A stretch of DNA of 62,043 nucleotides, counting the filler, from Sphacelaria rigidula (taxonomy: Eukaryota): the NCBI GenBank assembly GCA_964200075.2. It is 6 parts of 6 records of this genome, joined end to end, with 100 filler letters (N's around TTAATTAATTAA, not from the genome) between each part and the next. Parts side by side here need not be neighbours in the genome. Positions count along the whole stretch, not along the records: positions 10,360 to 20,617 come from CAXNAA020006846.1; positions 20,718 to 30,975 come from CAXNAA020006847.1; 4 more parts are not named here. One strand, given 5' to 3'. Below the pieces are notes generated by a model. It worked only from the letters and a program-made list of their open reading frames with translations, was not told the origin of the DNA and did no database searches. The translations under genes and the position numbers were made by a program. Of this stretch, positions 11,872-25,900 are shown in pieces. How positions within the stretch are numbered: position 1 is the first letter of the stretch; each line of letters starts with the position of its first letter.

Positions 11872-14800
11872 ATGGGAGCTGCAGCCAGCACCAAGCGACG
11901 GGCGACATACTCCTCTTATTCCGTTAGAACTGGGATCGCCGTTGCTGACGGTGTACCGCGGTGAGCAGCGAAATCCATCGAAACTTGCTCCCTAGAAAAG
12001 CCTGCGTGCCGCTCTAAGCCACAGCAAGTACATGAGGTATAGGGCAGGGCTAGCCAAACAATAAGGGCGGCACATCATGCAATGTAAAGTCGACCGGCGC
12101 TTGTATGCGGCGGAACCTCCCTCCATCAACCATGCTGACTCGCATGCTTTGACGGTATGCAGCATACTTGTATCCCCTTTCAAGTCATGAAATGTGTTAC
12201 ACTTGTCGCTAGTACAGATGCCGTAGCGCGGTGTGCCGACTTTACCTACCCGCGATAGAACAGCAGAATAACAGTCGCGTACAGTATTCCTTACAATGCA
12301 CTAGGTAGTGTCACAAACAACACGTCTGCAATGTAACGGTGTAAGAAGGACACGATAAGCGCACTCTTATTGAGGCAATTATCAACTTCATGGTCGTGTA
12401 CTCGTGCCTGGCTTTACGTAGCACTAAGGGTATAATAAAACAAACGCTTATCGTCCAATATCGATCCCCGAGTATGCTTCTTCCTGCTGGCAGGGCCATA
12501 TTGCGTGACGCTGAGGACGCCGTATCACAAGCCGAGACAGAACCACCTGAGGCGCATCAACCCAAGCTTGACTCCTTGGATCACACTCGGGAACATGTTC
12601 AAGGTACCGACGAGCTGCCCAGCACTACTGAAGCAGAGGGCGCGGTGGCAGCTACGGGAGCTGCACCAGTATTGCCGATGTTTCCCGCTACCAACGGACT
12701 GGGTGGGAATGATCGACGGTCGAGCAAGAATTTCGAAGCGCTGCAGAATGAGGTTCACCGAAAGCGCTCAGTTGGGATGACGTGAGAACTCTGAACCGTC
12801 TGATTTTTTCTAGCATACCTACCTAGCTTGTCCCCTAGTCATGTAGCGATGCATGCGTGTTAATGCTTTTTATACTGTGAAATATCGTAGACTGACTACA
12901 TTAATGAAATCAGCGTTGACTGGTAATTTCGTCATGGTCACTGTTCCGAGAGACTATTCCATTCCATTCTCGAAATACGAAAGCGCTGGACGAGTTAGGA
13001 ATATATCTCCTTGAACGGAAGTTGCTAGTGTGATACCGTACAATGTCGGGCTGATGGTGATATAAAAATATCCCCAATCACCAACGCAGGTGTGTTACCG
13101 TATCGTTGAACCCAGGTACGGTGAAATCTTCAACCAGCTGGCGGCCGAAGCAGCGGAGGCCGACATCAAGGAGGCTCAGGACGCCACGCTGCGACGGCAT
13201 ACCATCGAAGATGAACGACCAAGACACGGCCAGCTCCCGGCTATAAAATCAACACGCGGCTTCTCCCAAGCAAGATGGTGAGGCAGGGTATCGCACAGTC
13301 TCGAGAGCAAGGGGGGAAGGGGGAGCTTGTGCTTTGCACCCCTTAGCTCTTGCCAGGGTATCGGTCACGCGTTCTCGAGAATACTTGGGGTTAAGGTTGG
13401 AGTTGGGTTCATTCTTTCCACGGCAGAAGAGGGAAGCAGGGAGAATGATACGCCTGAAAAAACAGACAAGGGGAGTGGCACGCGGTCATGCCATGTGAAA
13501 TCAATGAAGCGAACGAAACGTGCTGCCGTTGAAGTGCACTCAACTCAGGATCAAAGTTTCATCTGTCATCAACACCACGTCAAACCTATTGTAGGGGATG
13601 GGGGGATCGAGTACCATACGGCGCTATTCGAATGAGTCCGCTCATACAGTTTCAGCAACATGACGTCAAACGTTCTTTTTCTGTCAATAAGTTCATGGAC
13701 CAGAGCTAACAGCAACATATGGGGATGATGCCGGCTACGGATTCATCTGCAGCTGGTGAAGATCGAGCGACAAAACTTCCCACAGAATGGCTACCCCAAG
13801 TGGGAAAATGTGAATCGACGATGATAGGACATTTAATTCGTCACCACGAACTACTATTTTACGTTACGATCTCAGGACCGTATGTAAATCTTGTTCGTCC
13901 ACCTGGCGGTCGCTTAAAAAACCTCAAACCCTACGAGAGAACCCTATTACAAGAGATTGATGTTTTCAAGTTGTGTAAGGCAGTCTCTATCGCTTCAACC
14001 ATCCACCTTGCAGCAACAAAGGCATGGAAGGACTTCAAACCGTTGCAGCTGGAGGAACCAGTTTAAAATCAGCAAATGGCAACGCCACATCGTCCAATGG
14101 TCAAGTCTTACCTACGAGTTGCGATACGAAATCGAACTCCACAATAGACCCTTGTCGAACGGAAGAAATGCTGCGGTCGACGGAGGAGCAATCAGTGGTG
14201 GAGAAATTGGCTGGATCATTATCGGGGGAAGCAAAGATCTCGGCCTCTCTGGAGGCTAAGCAGGTATCTCCTGCTTCACATCCAGAGGCACGAACATCGT
14301 CAGTGGGGGAAGCGGACGAGAAAGCGAGGAGACCACCGGAACCTGATATCCAGAGGAAGTCAGTGAGTTGGCAACCGGCTTGGTTGAAGCCAAGTAGAGA
14401 CGATCTACATGCCTGTTGCATACTACGAAATGTTGAATTTGCTGCCGTGTTATATTTTACTTTGATATAGGCCTCGTGAGGGGAAACTGGAGCGGAAGGA
14501 AGAGTTCCCACGGAAGGAGGAGTTTTTGCTTCGCGTTATCCGGCGGTCACAGAATGTCCGTGACTTCAAGCCAGCCTTGTTGCCCACGTTTGGCGTGTAA
14601 TCGTCGCATTGGGCACGGTATCGGAAAGGCGACTAGGACTAGGGACGTGCTTCGTCGTTTGCGCTTGTAGAAGCAGAAGGCGTGCGAGACAACTGCTAGG
14701 GGGACTGTCCTATGCCTTTAACCTACAAACCTTGCACGGGTGCCTCCTAGGACACTTTTTTGTTTTTGCACCTTCTATAAATACGTTGGTATCAAAACCA

Positions 14801-17800
14801 TATTAACGATTGCCTCGCATGGGTCGCCCACGTTGTTGTCGATGGTTCTCGTGTTGTCGTAACCTTTCAATCTTCGATAGGAAGCCGCCGTGGATCCGGT
14901 CGGCCACACTTTGCCCACTCCGACGCGCGATCCTGCACAGGAACTAAACGTCGGTTTCCAAGTTAAAAAAAGTCAAGTTGGTCACGATCCCGACGATCGT
15001 GACGAAGCGGACGAACAGGGCGTGGATGACCCGTTCCGAGATCATGTCGATCAATTCGTAGATGTTTTTGATTCTGACAAAGACGAGCGGCCTGTTCAGC
15101 TTGACGGCCGCTTCTCCGCTGAGCCGAAAGCAGTGCCAGGGAGCTCTGGGGGCAAGCCAACGCGAAGAGCTCAGATTTTCGACAAAGGGGTGGATGCTTC
15201 GCGGATGCAGGTGTAAGACTGTCGTGTGGAAATCGTTAATTTCGATACAGTATTGATGGGCGAGTAGGCCAACCTGTGTCGAGGCATTGACAGAAGCTAT
15301 AATGTGTGACTGTCAACCAATAATCAATCGACATGACGGTTGGTAATGATGCAAGCGAAGCGGGCTGTGCGCGATAGTCAATCAGCTAGTGCCGAAGGAA
15401 TACACGGCGAGCGTCTCCAACCGCTTGCCGCCCCCCTGGCCTGGTTGGTGAGGGGGTTTTACCGGAGGAAACCCATATACACTCTTTGGCTTCACTGTAG
15501 TTGTGCATATGAAGAAGTGACAACAAAATGCTTCTGACCTCTACTGAGCTCAAACCCCCAGGAATTGAACAATGGGGTTTGATTGGGTTTACGGAGTGCG
15601 TTACCCACCCGGGAGTTTTTATTTGTAGCGGTATCCAAATGCTTCCTTCCGTGATTCATGTTGTACTCATGGTGGCGCGGTGGTGCGGGATGACTTACCT
15701 CGTCGTCACTCACTGTTCGTGTTATGTGGTGCGCTCTACTTCGTTGCGGGAGCTCAGGATTTACTCAGCAAGGAAACAGAGTGCGAGGCAAGAATGCAGG
15801 GGCGGGGACCTGGTCAGACCCGGCCAGGAGGGCCGCAAATGGGAGAAGAAGCGACTGATATAGTCATTCGGGCTTTGAAGGAGGTACGATTTCGAGAAAG
15901 AGTTTGGCACGCTCGCTAGATGAAAACGTCGCTAAGAAACTGCGGGTGGTGATTTGTTTGATTTGGCACGCGATAAAAAAACAAAGGGTATCGGCCCATC
16001 AAGTTGTAATGCTGCACGAGAAAGACTTTGCGTGTGGTCGGCACAATTGTTTAATTTGTGAATATTTTTGAAAACGCGAAACCGTGGACGTGCTTTCTGA
16101 GGGCATGCAGCAGCGTACAGGGAACATCCGAATCCGTTGCGCTCCCACGTCGCTGAATATAGCAACAACATTTCAGCACTGGAGCAGACCGTTTGCTTTT
16201 TTCGCACAGAAAGGGCGCACGTTGGCCACTCTACGATTGCCTTTTCCCCTGGCCGTGTCTGTGGTGCAACAGCCCCCCTCCCCCCCCTCATCCCCGATAT
16301 TGTGGCCTCATGGTTGGTGCCTCATTCACTAGGTAGTTGCGGCAATTACGAGCAGTAACTGTCGACGACAAGCGGAGTTTCAATTTGGCTAATGATGTGG
16401 CGAATCTTGAGCGCTGCCAACCCAGTATTGTCAAAAACCAATTTGGGGGAATTCCGGGTGTCCGAACGGACGCCAAAATGGTTCCGAAATTGGTTTTCCC
16501 CTAGGACCCCAACATTCTGGTGATCGAAATTCAAATTTCTATGGCGTGCAGCAATTATCAATAGCTATCAGTAGGTGACAAAATGGAACCATATTTCAAA
16601 GATTTGGTGTGGATATGAATGTTTTAATTCTCCGGGTTTCCCATCCCCAATAAAAGATCCATCCCCAATTTGTAAGATCCCGTGTTGAATGTGCGAACGT
16701 GCGAATGTGCGTATCCAAAGTTTGCGGAGTCCACTCATCAAAATTGGTGGTGTAGCCGTGCCGCTTGGATATCATCTTCGTGTGACCAGGATCTAAGCGT
16801 TCCATGTTCGGTTATTTATGACCTCATCGCAGATATTGAGCTTCGTTTCTTCAGTCGATTATCGTACACTTCAAATGAACAAGGATATTTATCTGCCTGC
16901 TTCTTCGTATACGGCCGCTTTTGTAAACCCTCTACGGGAAAAATGCTGCGACTCCTTGAACATGACCCCACTCGGGAAATTCTTTCAAAAGACCTCACTT
17001 CTTCTCTACTGACACTGCCGGCAACGACAAGGGGAGTAAGGGGCGGTCGGGGGCACAGAAGAAAGCACTAAACTGAAACCTCGGACCCTAGTCCTCAACA
17101 AATATCTCGACTTATCGCTAAACCCTGAGCGCGTATCCTTGACTTATTTCATTGTGAAAGAGGAACCGTCATGGTCGTCATCCACTTCGAACTACAACCT
17201 CAGTTTTTCTTTCTGGATACTGATGACGACGAAGAAGAGGGTGGAGGAGGACAAAGGGGTGCGCAGACCAGCGGCCTTAGTACAGGCATGACAATGCTCA
17301 TGAGAGCAATGCAGCGCGAAACGTTCGAGGCAGGGGTATCTCTCATGGAACAGGTGAGAGTCGACGTGAAAATTAACAGCCAGCCTTTTTGTTCAGGCAT
17401 TTCCCTAGGCAAAAGGGCCCTTTTGCGCAAAGTATTGTATTGAAACTCAAACCCGCCGAGAATTTCGCTACTGCAGAGGGAAGTGTCGTGCCGGCAGACA
17501 TTGCATTCACTCTAAATGTTTCTCCCTGCTCGTATTTTCCCTTGGTATATCTACGGAGAGAATATGTGTATGATGATCTAAGGCGCGAGAGAGCCAATAG
17601 TGGGATGAAACATGGCTCTATGACGCTACGTTGCTTTCGGCACTCTGGTGTTGTGTCTAGGTCCAGTGTAGTGGAATTAGCACCCCTGTGTGTCGGTGGT
17701 GCTTCATATTTTCATGCATCGAAATCTTGTCCTTGAGCTTCGTATCTCCGTGCATCGAAATGATTGTCCTGGCGTGTTCTGGTGCGGCTAGGGCGAGGAG

Positions 17801-19307
17801 GCATACCACATGTTCGTCGTGGAGGAGGGAAGTCTTGAGGTCATCATCGACGAAGAGGCAAGCATTTACTGGCGTACGACAAAACCGTTCCGGTCCGAGA
17901 ATTGCCTATATTGAATATGACATAGTGACACAATCCGGAAAAACGCCTCATACAACCACGAGTGCCGGGAAATATTCAAGTACTGTTTATCGGCCTCTTC
18001 TCAGCATATTGTGCGTTTCCCATATCATTCGCTAGTATTCTGCAGGATACCGTGCACTTGTCCCTACAGTACGGTGTGTGGTATTCTGCAAGTTGACGTT
18101 CACGCGGTACAACCACCACTCTCGCCTCTCCATCCATGACGTACAGAAGCCTATCGGTACTTTAGTTTTATGGAGTGGGTGGATCTCTCACTCCTACTGT
18201 TGGAAGTCAGCACATCGATATCAGAGTTAATACTGAACCTTTTCATGAGCAACACATGCGACGAATCATACACCCTAAAGAATGGTTGAATAGTACGTGC
18301 AGATGTTCCTTGTTTTTTTCCCCTTGACGGAAAGAGGAAACCTGACCCGACACTACTGTAACCCCGCAAGCGTGTTCGTGTACCGATTACCCGGAGGCTC
18401 GGCTAGACCGCCTCGCGGCAATCATGTGAGGTAGACCCCTCGAGCGTTCGCAAGTTTTGCTCAAGGCAGTGTGGAGGTCCGCCCCACTAAAAGCTCCCGT
18501 CAACTTTACGCAGTGCACGCGTCGCCCTACTCGTATGAGCTACGGCCCTAGGATGTTCCGCAGTTGAGACTTGACGAGGGGTTCATGGAATCGGTTCGTT
18601 TTCACACGTCCTGCTACTACCGTACTTACTTACATCTCTCGTGTTCCATCAATATAACCAGTGGTTCAAGGTGTGAGTGGCTTTGGCCCATGCAAAGTGA
18701 CAAGTACGGACTTCACAATTGTGTGAGACACGAGTCTACTAGAGTGCGGAGGCAGCATAATCTCCCGACTGTTTCAAACAAGTTTTATGTCTAGCAACTT
18801 TTGACTTTCCTAAAACTGAAGAGAGAGTCGTGGTTCCATCTTTGACGCAGCAGTGTTGGTTAACGCTGGGACGACAGGGAACCTTCCGATGATTTGTCGA
18901 AAGTCTCACAACAAATCGTGTATATGATGCTTCGAAATCTCGAAACTGCGTGTTTGCCCTAGTCGGGCACCCCAGTAGTTCATGGTGATGATCCCGGAAG
19001 TCTCATCAATCCATGCCTGCCACATCTGGGGAATCTCACCGGTTCGTATTTAAGATGTGGGAAAATAAAATAAAAGCTGTGCTGTTGGTCTACGGAAATG
19101 TCAGGCGGTACGAGTAATAGGGGTCGGAGATCGCGTAGGCGAACTCGCTTTACTCTGCAATGCTCCGCGGAGTGCCAGTGTGCGCACCCTGAATCCATGC
19201 GTGCTGTGGAGTATTCACCGCGAGGTCTTCAAGTCTGTCCAGGCCTTGACAGCCTCTGCAAATCTGATCGCCAGGAGCACGCACCTTTACCACGTTCCCT
19301 GGCTAAG
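11872..19307 (+). CDS. Probably N-myristoylated cyclic-nucleotide-binding (cNMP) protein, PKG-like or PKA-regulatory-like; 3' part not recovered
   Basis: Nine phase-consistent exons: 11872-11960 (MGAAASTKRR...), 12494-12781, 13116-13277, 14014-14362, 14881-15210, 15758-15883, 17204-17353, 17792-17857, 19105-19307. The last three give MQRETFEAGVSLMEQ-GEEAYHMFVVEEGSLEVIIDEE-AVRVIGVGDRVGELALLCNAPRSASVRTLNPCVLWSIHREVF, a full cNMP domain with its phosphate-binding cassette. Ends at a GTAAGG donor. Confidence 0.88.
16430..16686. mobile_element. Partial copy of the AACACGGGATC-terminus MITE
   Basis: Ends in gatccatccccaatttgtaagatcccgtgtt and is colinear with one arm of the 48620-49064 element. 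Confidence 0.8.
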
Positions 19308-20617
19308 GTAAGGGAAGCACCACAGAGCCTACGCCCGGAGAATAGTATTCAAGATCTTGAATTATTGGCAGGACCGGTCGAATGCAGGGTACCGAAGCTG
19401 TACAAAGCATAATGTGTAGGAGACGATACACAGAAGTGATCCTGCGTAGGGTGACAAGAATCTTGCAAGATATGTGATGGATGCACGAATTTGCTTCCAC
19501 CGCAGCTCCGCTTACAGCCCCCTCAGAATCCCCTCGAGTTCTCTGGAGGACGCTGCTCAAAGTCCGCTTCCCGCTGTTGTACTGTTTGGAGATGCTCTGC
19601 CAGTATCATGGAACTAGTCTACATGATTACATGAAATATTTGTATTCTGATGTGGACATATTCCCTAGTTTCCCGCTGCTTGCGATGAACGGTAGCCTAC
19701 CCAGTTAATTCAGACCCTCTTGTGGGACAATATTCTGTTTACGCTTTTCCAATGAGATAGCATCCGGCGAAGCAAATATATATGTGGAGGTCACCAATAC
19801 GACGTGTAAATTACCGCAAGGGCCCAACTAGGACGGGCCACCCTTCTTAATCGGTGACGTCAAGAAATAACTTTGATCGCTCAGTGGTCACAGGACAGAC
19901 GATCCTTGATTTAGCGATCATCGCGATGATCTATCTGCAAAAGTCAACCATCCAGGCAGCCGCTGACGGACAACGGCATCTGGTATTCAATTTCCAACTA
20001 GTCACGATGTCGATTCGGCGTCATGAGGAGGTCCTCTAGCCGTTTGATGGATTAAGCAATGGAAAATAAATAAGAAAAAAAAGAGGGACAATCGAGGAGG
20101 CTTCGTAACTCGCGAACCGTTCTTCTGCGGTCACCGATAGGCCACTGATAGCCTTGTCCCCCATCGCACGTCAACTACATGCGAATAGTTGCTCTAAACT
20201 CTTCTCGCCGCCAGCTGGCGGAAGATGTTTTCCTTTAGGAGTCACTTCTCGGCACAAATACACACAGAGAGAAAATACTCCTTTTATGAAGGGCGCGGTA
20301 ATGCTACGCGGAGAGACTCCCATGCGAAAACATGAAAATCAGCAGAACTGTAGAGCTGTCCGTTGAAAACAAAACATCGTATGTATATGACGCGTTCCTG
20401 TAGATCGCTGAATATTACCCGATGGACGCACGTGGGCGCGAGATAGTCTCCTCATGAGTGGTGCTACGGTAGGGGTACACAGATTTTTTCTGAGGCTGGA
20501 ATTGCTAGGAGCCCTTTATCTAATCCGAAACACGACTTATGAAAATAAGCGAAAGTACGCCAGGATTACTATTCCAATGTGCTGGGGATATCCCGAATGA
20601 ATCTGCAAACGGGGATG

Positions 20618-20717
20618 NNNNNNNNNNNNNNNNNNNNNNNNNNNNNNNNNNNNNNNNNNNNTTAATTAATTAANNNNNNNNNNNNNNNNNNNNNNNNNNN
20701 NNNNNNNNNNNNNNNNN
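20618..20717. other. Artificial contig linker
   Basis: N-run with central TTAATTAATTAA. Confidence 0.98.
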
Positions 20718-22915
20718 CTTCATAGGGATGCGAGGTCAATGGTCTCATGACTACGGCATGCATGATCATGAGTACCCCCGCGCCCCTACGGTACAGCGCA
20801 ATACAGAGTCCTGTCTGAGCCATGCTAGAATCTGAGAACAGAGCAAGTAAAACACACGATTCATCGTTCAAATTGAGTAACGCTCACTTTATCGTAACCT
20901 CGTACATGGCGAAAACATGCCCCAAATCGTTGTTTTCGTGCCCTAAACGGCTCTAGTGCATCTCGATGAATAGCCAACCCCATGTGTTGACCGTTTTGTT
21001 TGTTTGCACCTTCCAACTGACCTGGTGTACCCATCTGCATTGTTGAAATTTTGTGTTGATCCTGTTTCGCTCGCGTGTTCGGTGTGCTCACTCGATTCAT
21101 GCCATGCCTGGCACTGTGCAATACATGGTCGTGCACGGCGGTACGCAGTACATGGCAGTAATTGCTGCTCCCCCTCGGTGCTCAAATTGGTACGTTGACG
21201 GCCACTCTGTGCGGATTTCGTGCATTCGAATGCCGGCCGTAATGGTTCAACATCATCATAATATCATCATAATATGATCACTGCCCATGTCCGAAAGCGA
21301 AAGGACGCGAGTGAGAAAAAAGGTTGATGAAGAAAAACAAATCGACGGGCTGCAGGAGTACTGATGTAACGATGCTCCATTAAGTAAATGATGAGGCAGG
21401 TATCCGAGGAAGAGACGGGTTGATCCCTTGACCTCAAATGTCCGGCCTCCTCCGGGACAAGAGACTAGGCTGAAAAGTTTAGCACTGAAAAAAAGCGTCC
21501 CCCTCCTCCCCCTCCTCCCCCTCCGTCCTCTGCCTCTGCGCCCTAACTTACCGCACCTTCAAATTACCGTAAACTTGCGTCATTTTTTCATCCCTCAGGA
21601 GCGCTCCTGCCGTCGTGGAAAGGCTGCGTGGTGACGTCTTGAATGCTGCCCCGAACTATATACAAGTAAGTATATAGATAATTACTATTATTTCATCAAA
21701 CTTTCAGCTCCACTCGGTCCTTCCTCGGGACGAACCCGTAGTGTCAAGCGACTAACCTACGTGTAGTATCTCTCCCCCCACACCCGGCTGGCATTATGGT
21801 ATCGAGGATGATTGGATCAGCACTTTTGCACCTCGTCGACGCTACTCAATTCCTTTGCTACGAACACCCTCACGCTTTCGAAGACCCAGATGATGCTAAA
21901 AATTATCGCATCTGTCCGGGTTCGAACCATCAAGCTTCCTCCCCAACTGGCCGACAGTGTAGCAACTAGACCACGGGGGCGCCGGCGCCGCGGCTGTATC
22001 ACGATGGCCTCCGAAGTAAGCTATGCTACGAGAGTTGCGATGCATCAGGGATGACTAAATGACAGCTACATGCATCATAGCATACCGGTACACAATCGCC
22101 GCCAAGAGAAGGGCTCAACCAGCATCAAGTCGCCGTCACACAGACGTTCTCCTGACTTTCACGTACTGATTTTATTGGTACAACTGATGTCATGTTTTCA
22201 AAAGTGCTCCAAGACAGCCATCCACAGAAAAAAAACGTCTACGGGGCAACGTGGGCATGGCATCAAATAAACCCGCAAAAGTCGTGTACGATCGCGCTAC
22301 TGTACACTACACACCATATACGTTGCGCCATTGTCCCTGGGGGACCTTCGTGCCCCGAACCACAAAACTACAGTATTGCCAGAAAAGATCCAATAACATC
22401 CCTCTGTCGAAGCTATGACGAATCACACGTCAGCAAAGGACGTCGTATGCCCGTCTGTCAGTCGGAGGTATACAGTATACAATCCAATGGACACGAGCCT
22501 GAGTCTAAATGCGGATAGTCGACACTGATGCATCACTTGGAATATTCCCTCAGACAACGTAGGCTGGCTGCCACTCCACACATCGATGTGGCACAAGAAT
22601 GGTGTAATCGCCTACAAAAACGATTCCTTCAAAATCATCCCAGCCGCCTTGACGCAAACACGCACTTTTGGGTGCAGACTACAGGAACTAGCTCGAGAAT
22701 TGCCACTCACAGTACGCCGCCCTATTCCTCGCACGAAGGGTCTCGGCAGCTTCAATCGACTCCGCGTGCTGCCAACAAATGATGCATCTCCGCAGAGTGG
22801 AAGATCTCGCGCGCTTTCGCAAATACGCGTTCTTCTGCACGTTACAACCCCTTGATACATATATACCTGAGTTTGAGCACAATATATCCGTTTTGATTTC
22901 TCGAGGCTGGGGGTG

Positions 22916-25900
22916 TCAATCCTCGCCTATCTCCGCCGCAATTTCCGCCTCCAACGTGGCATCGATGGTGGGATCGCTGTCGTCGTCGAGATCGTCCAAG
23001 TCACCTAAATCAGAAAAATCGTCTAGAGGCGCCAAAGGAACAGTACCAACACACGATACGCGAAACACGCAGAGCACGATACCGACGGACCAAAATATTC
23101 TAAGCATTCTCTGCTCGGGGAGTAAGTGGTGTGCACGCAGTCACCATCCACAGTATGCTGCATGACGCCTTCGTTGTCCATCGCAGAACCGTCGGCTTGC
23201 TACTTGTGTCTCACACGGAAGGGTTGGATGTGGAGAGTAATGCGATGGCTCCGTCGCTCCATAGCCAGATAGCACGCGCAACTACGGAGAGTTTAGTTCA
23301 TCGCAGCTCCACAAAGTACTTCACAAACAAAAAAATCCGAGCTTACCGTCAGCATTATCATCCGATGCATGGCCCACTTGTTGTGGCGGGTCAGACGGCG
23401 AACTCATCCCATGTGCATCCCCGTGGCTGATTTTATCGTACTCGTCGCTCGATACTCCAGACGTCGCCTGCTTATGGTACCACGTATCAGCAAGACGAGG
23501 GGAACGTGCGGTGACATCTAGCACGCGAATACGGTCTGCACAAAAGTACTATTCAGTGTCAAGATTCGTGACAAATACTGTAATCATTTTCGAGAGCATG
23601 AAAAGCTGATTCGGATTGTTTCAAGAGATGGACTTTCGTATGTGTATCAACGACAGAGTTGATTGTGGGAAGTTTCCGTCATCTTCATTTTCCGCCGGAC
23701 ACAAGTGCAGAAATAACACTGTCATAGCTAACCATTGCTGTCCGGCTCCTACATTCCACGCTACATCTTAGTGCCATCACAGCACCATGAACGCGCATTA
23801 TCATCATCACTGCCAAGAAGGGCAAAGCCATAAATAGAAAGCAGTGTAATTGTGGTGCGTTAAATGTCTGGGTTGCCTACGAGGCAAGCAGTATGAAAAA
23901 AGCAGCAATGCTGACTTTCAAGGGGGTCCACTTTTCGGATTGAAAGCAAAAACTTCCGTCTCCTTGGAAAAGAGTCGTGCAACTTCCCACATACAACAAG
24001 ACAGTGAGCGTACGGAAATGGAAAATGTTGGCAATACGAGGACTCTTACCCCATCGTTTAGAACGGTCCTCACGAGACTGCTTCACCCCAAACAATTTCA
24101 CTGAAGAAATGCCAAAATTGGCAGCACAGTGCTGCGACACGATGAACATGGTTTCAAAGGCATGCTGTTCACGTACTTGCCCACCTCTCTTGCAGCTATC
24201 TTATTCTGGCTGCGTGCGGTGACGCTGCGCGGACGCATCATGCTCACTCATCACCTCGCCTAATATAGGGGAATGAGTCGACATCGTCGGAACACGTGTG
24301 CGACTCAGTGAAAAGGGTTAGGGAAGCCTTCACAACGTACAAACTCCTGAGGAGCAGCGGCAACTGCGGGGCTAGGTCGAGGTCCCGATGTCGCGCTTTG
24401 CTGCTGTCGACACTGTCGGCACCCCGTATAACGGCCCTACGAGATCATACGCGGGAAACTACGCTGGAAAGTGACGTGACTTGACTTGCCCTGACCTGCG
24501 CGAAATCTTCACAGAGCGGCTCGAGGCCCACCTCTTCCCGAAGCGTTTCAATCCTCGAGAAATAGTGGAACCAGAACATTTCCTCCGGCATTTTGGCGAT
24601 GAGGCGGGCATGAACTTTGCCCAGATTTGGATCAAGCTCCAGCATTTTTATTGCAATGTTGATATGTCGTTCAAGTGCAAAGGCTGTAGGTATCGCAGCG
24701 CCGTTCGTATGCCGCAGCGGATGTCCATCCGAGGTGCCGTCGACAGCATCGTTGTCATCCTCCTGGCGATCAATACACAACACAACCACCAACACCGCAA
24801 ACAACGGATGAGTTGACACGGGGAAAAGGTTTGAAGGGTCGTTGCGAGGCTGTCGGCTTCAGTCTTGCTGGCTCTCTTCAGGATCTCGTGCTGCGTTTGA
24901 CGTTTCACACCATCAACGCTACTACCGGTGAACTTCATCAGCCGACTAAGCACTCCGCTCAAGGTGAACCCATCGATGTTGGCGTCCGTCCAAGATCATT
25001 GTCGTAGCTTGGAACAGGTACTCGTCACCAACGCTGATCAAACGGACAACTGCTGCGCGGCGCCTCCGGTAACAAGATGTCTGGGCTGCGTGGATAATTG
25101 GCTTAGTTTCACAGCAATCGTCGATGCCCATACCAAGCGCCTAACGCAAACGACCTTCTACCATTATTTGCCAAGAGGTTCAGCGCCTTGAACGAAACAA
25201 CCCACCAGTGGAAGAGATGAGCATTTGCCGGAACAGCACCAGTACGAGCACGCGAGACTACCTCAGCTGAAAAGAAACCCAAATACGAAGCTACAGTTTG
25301 GTACACCACAATATGCCAGGCAGGTATCCCTTTGAGGGCCGATTTTTTTCTAACCTATTCTCCTCCAAGGCCAGCGGACGCACAAGCTGCTTGCACACCA
25401 TCAAGTATACATACATCACGTACTGCAGCTTTTTATCGAGACCCTCACCGTCGTTGCGGCAGTTGGAGGCGGAGGTGTAGTGAAGTTGGATTCTTCCAGT
25501 GAAAGAGCCAGAATTTTTTCCATCAGTCCCTTTTGAGACCGTCCGACACAAGTCAAGAGCACCGAGGGAAGAGCATATGTGCGCATAATGTGGGATTAAT
25601 TAATACTGTCAATTAGTTTTGTGTCAAGTCCATCATCCAGCCTAGATAATGCTTCTGCTAAAATTATCGAGTTGGGTCTGCGAAATTTCTTCAGCCTCAT
25701 AAGGATTTTTCGACAACAAGGCGAAATAATGCAATACCATGTAAAGACTTGTTGAAAAAAGCGCGATCGCTGACAAGCGCATCGCGTAAGATTGACGACG
25801 ACGACGGTTGATTGAAACTACAGGCTGGTTTAGGTTATAGCCCAAAATTTACTCCCCAGCGATTCCTCCTCTCCGCATTTCGAGGCAGACCTTTACAAAG

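Noticed and set aside
13719..14013. ORF 13719-14066 as part of the cNMP gene
   Set aside because: It is in a different frame from exon 14014-14362, and exon 13277 joins 14014 in phase directly.
4227..19307. A single novel kinase-cNMP fusion gene spanning both plus-strand exon sets
   Set aside because: The two sets lie on different contigs separated by an artificial linker, and the cNMP gene has its own MGAAAS start at 11872.
21599..22054. Possible plus-strand exons (SAPAVVERLRGDVLNAAPNYIQ|gtaagt and downstream frames)
   Set aside because: One plausible exon, but I could not build a phase-consistent chain or recognise a domain.
24240..24436. Additional BSD-gene exon
   Set aside because: Open frames exist, but the upstream intron would be very short, and the flanking exons already join in phase without it.
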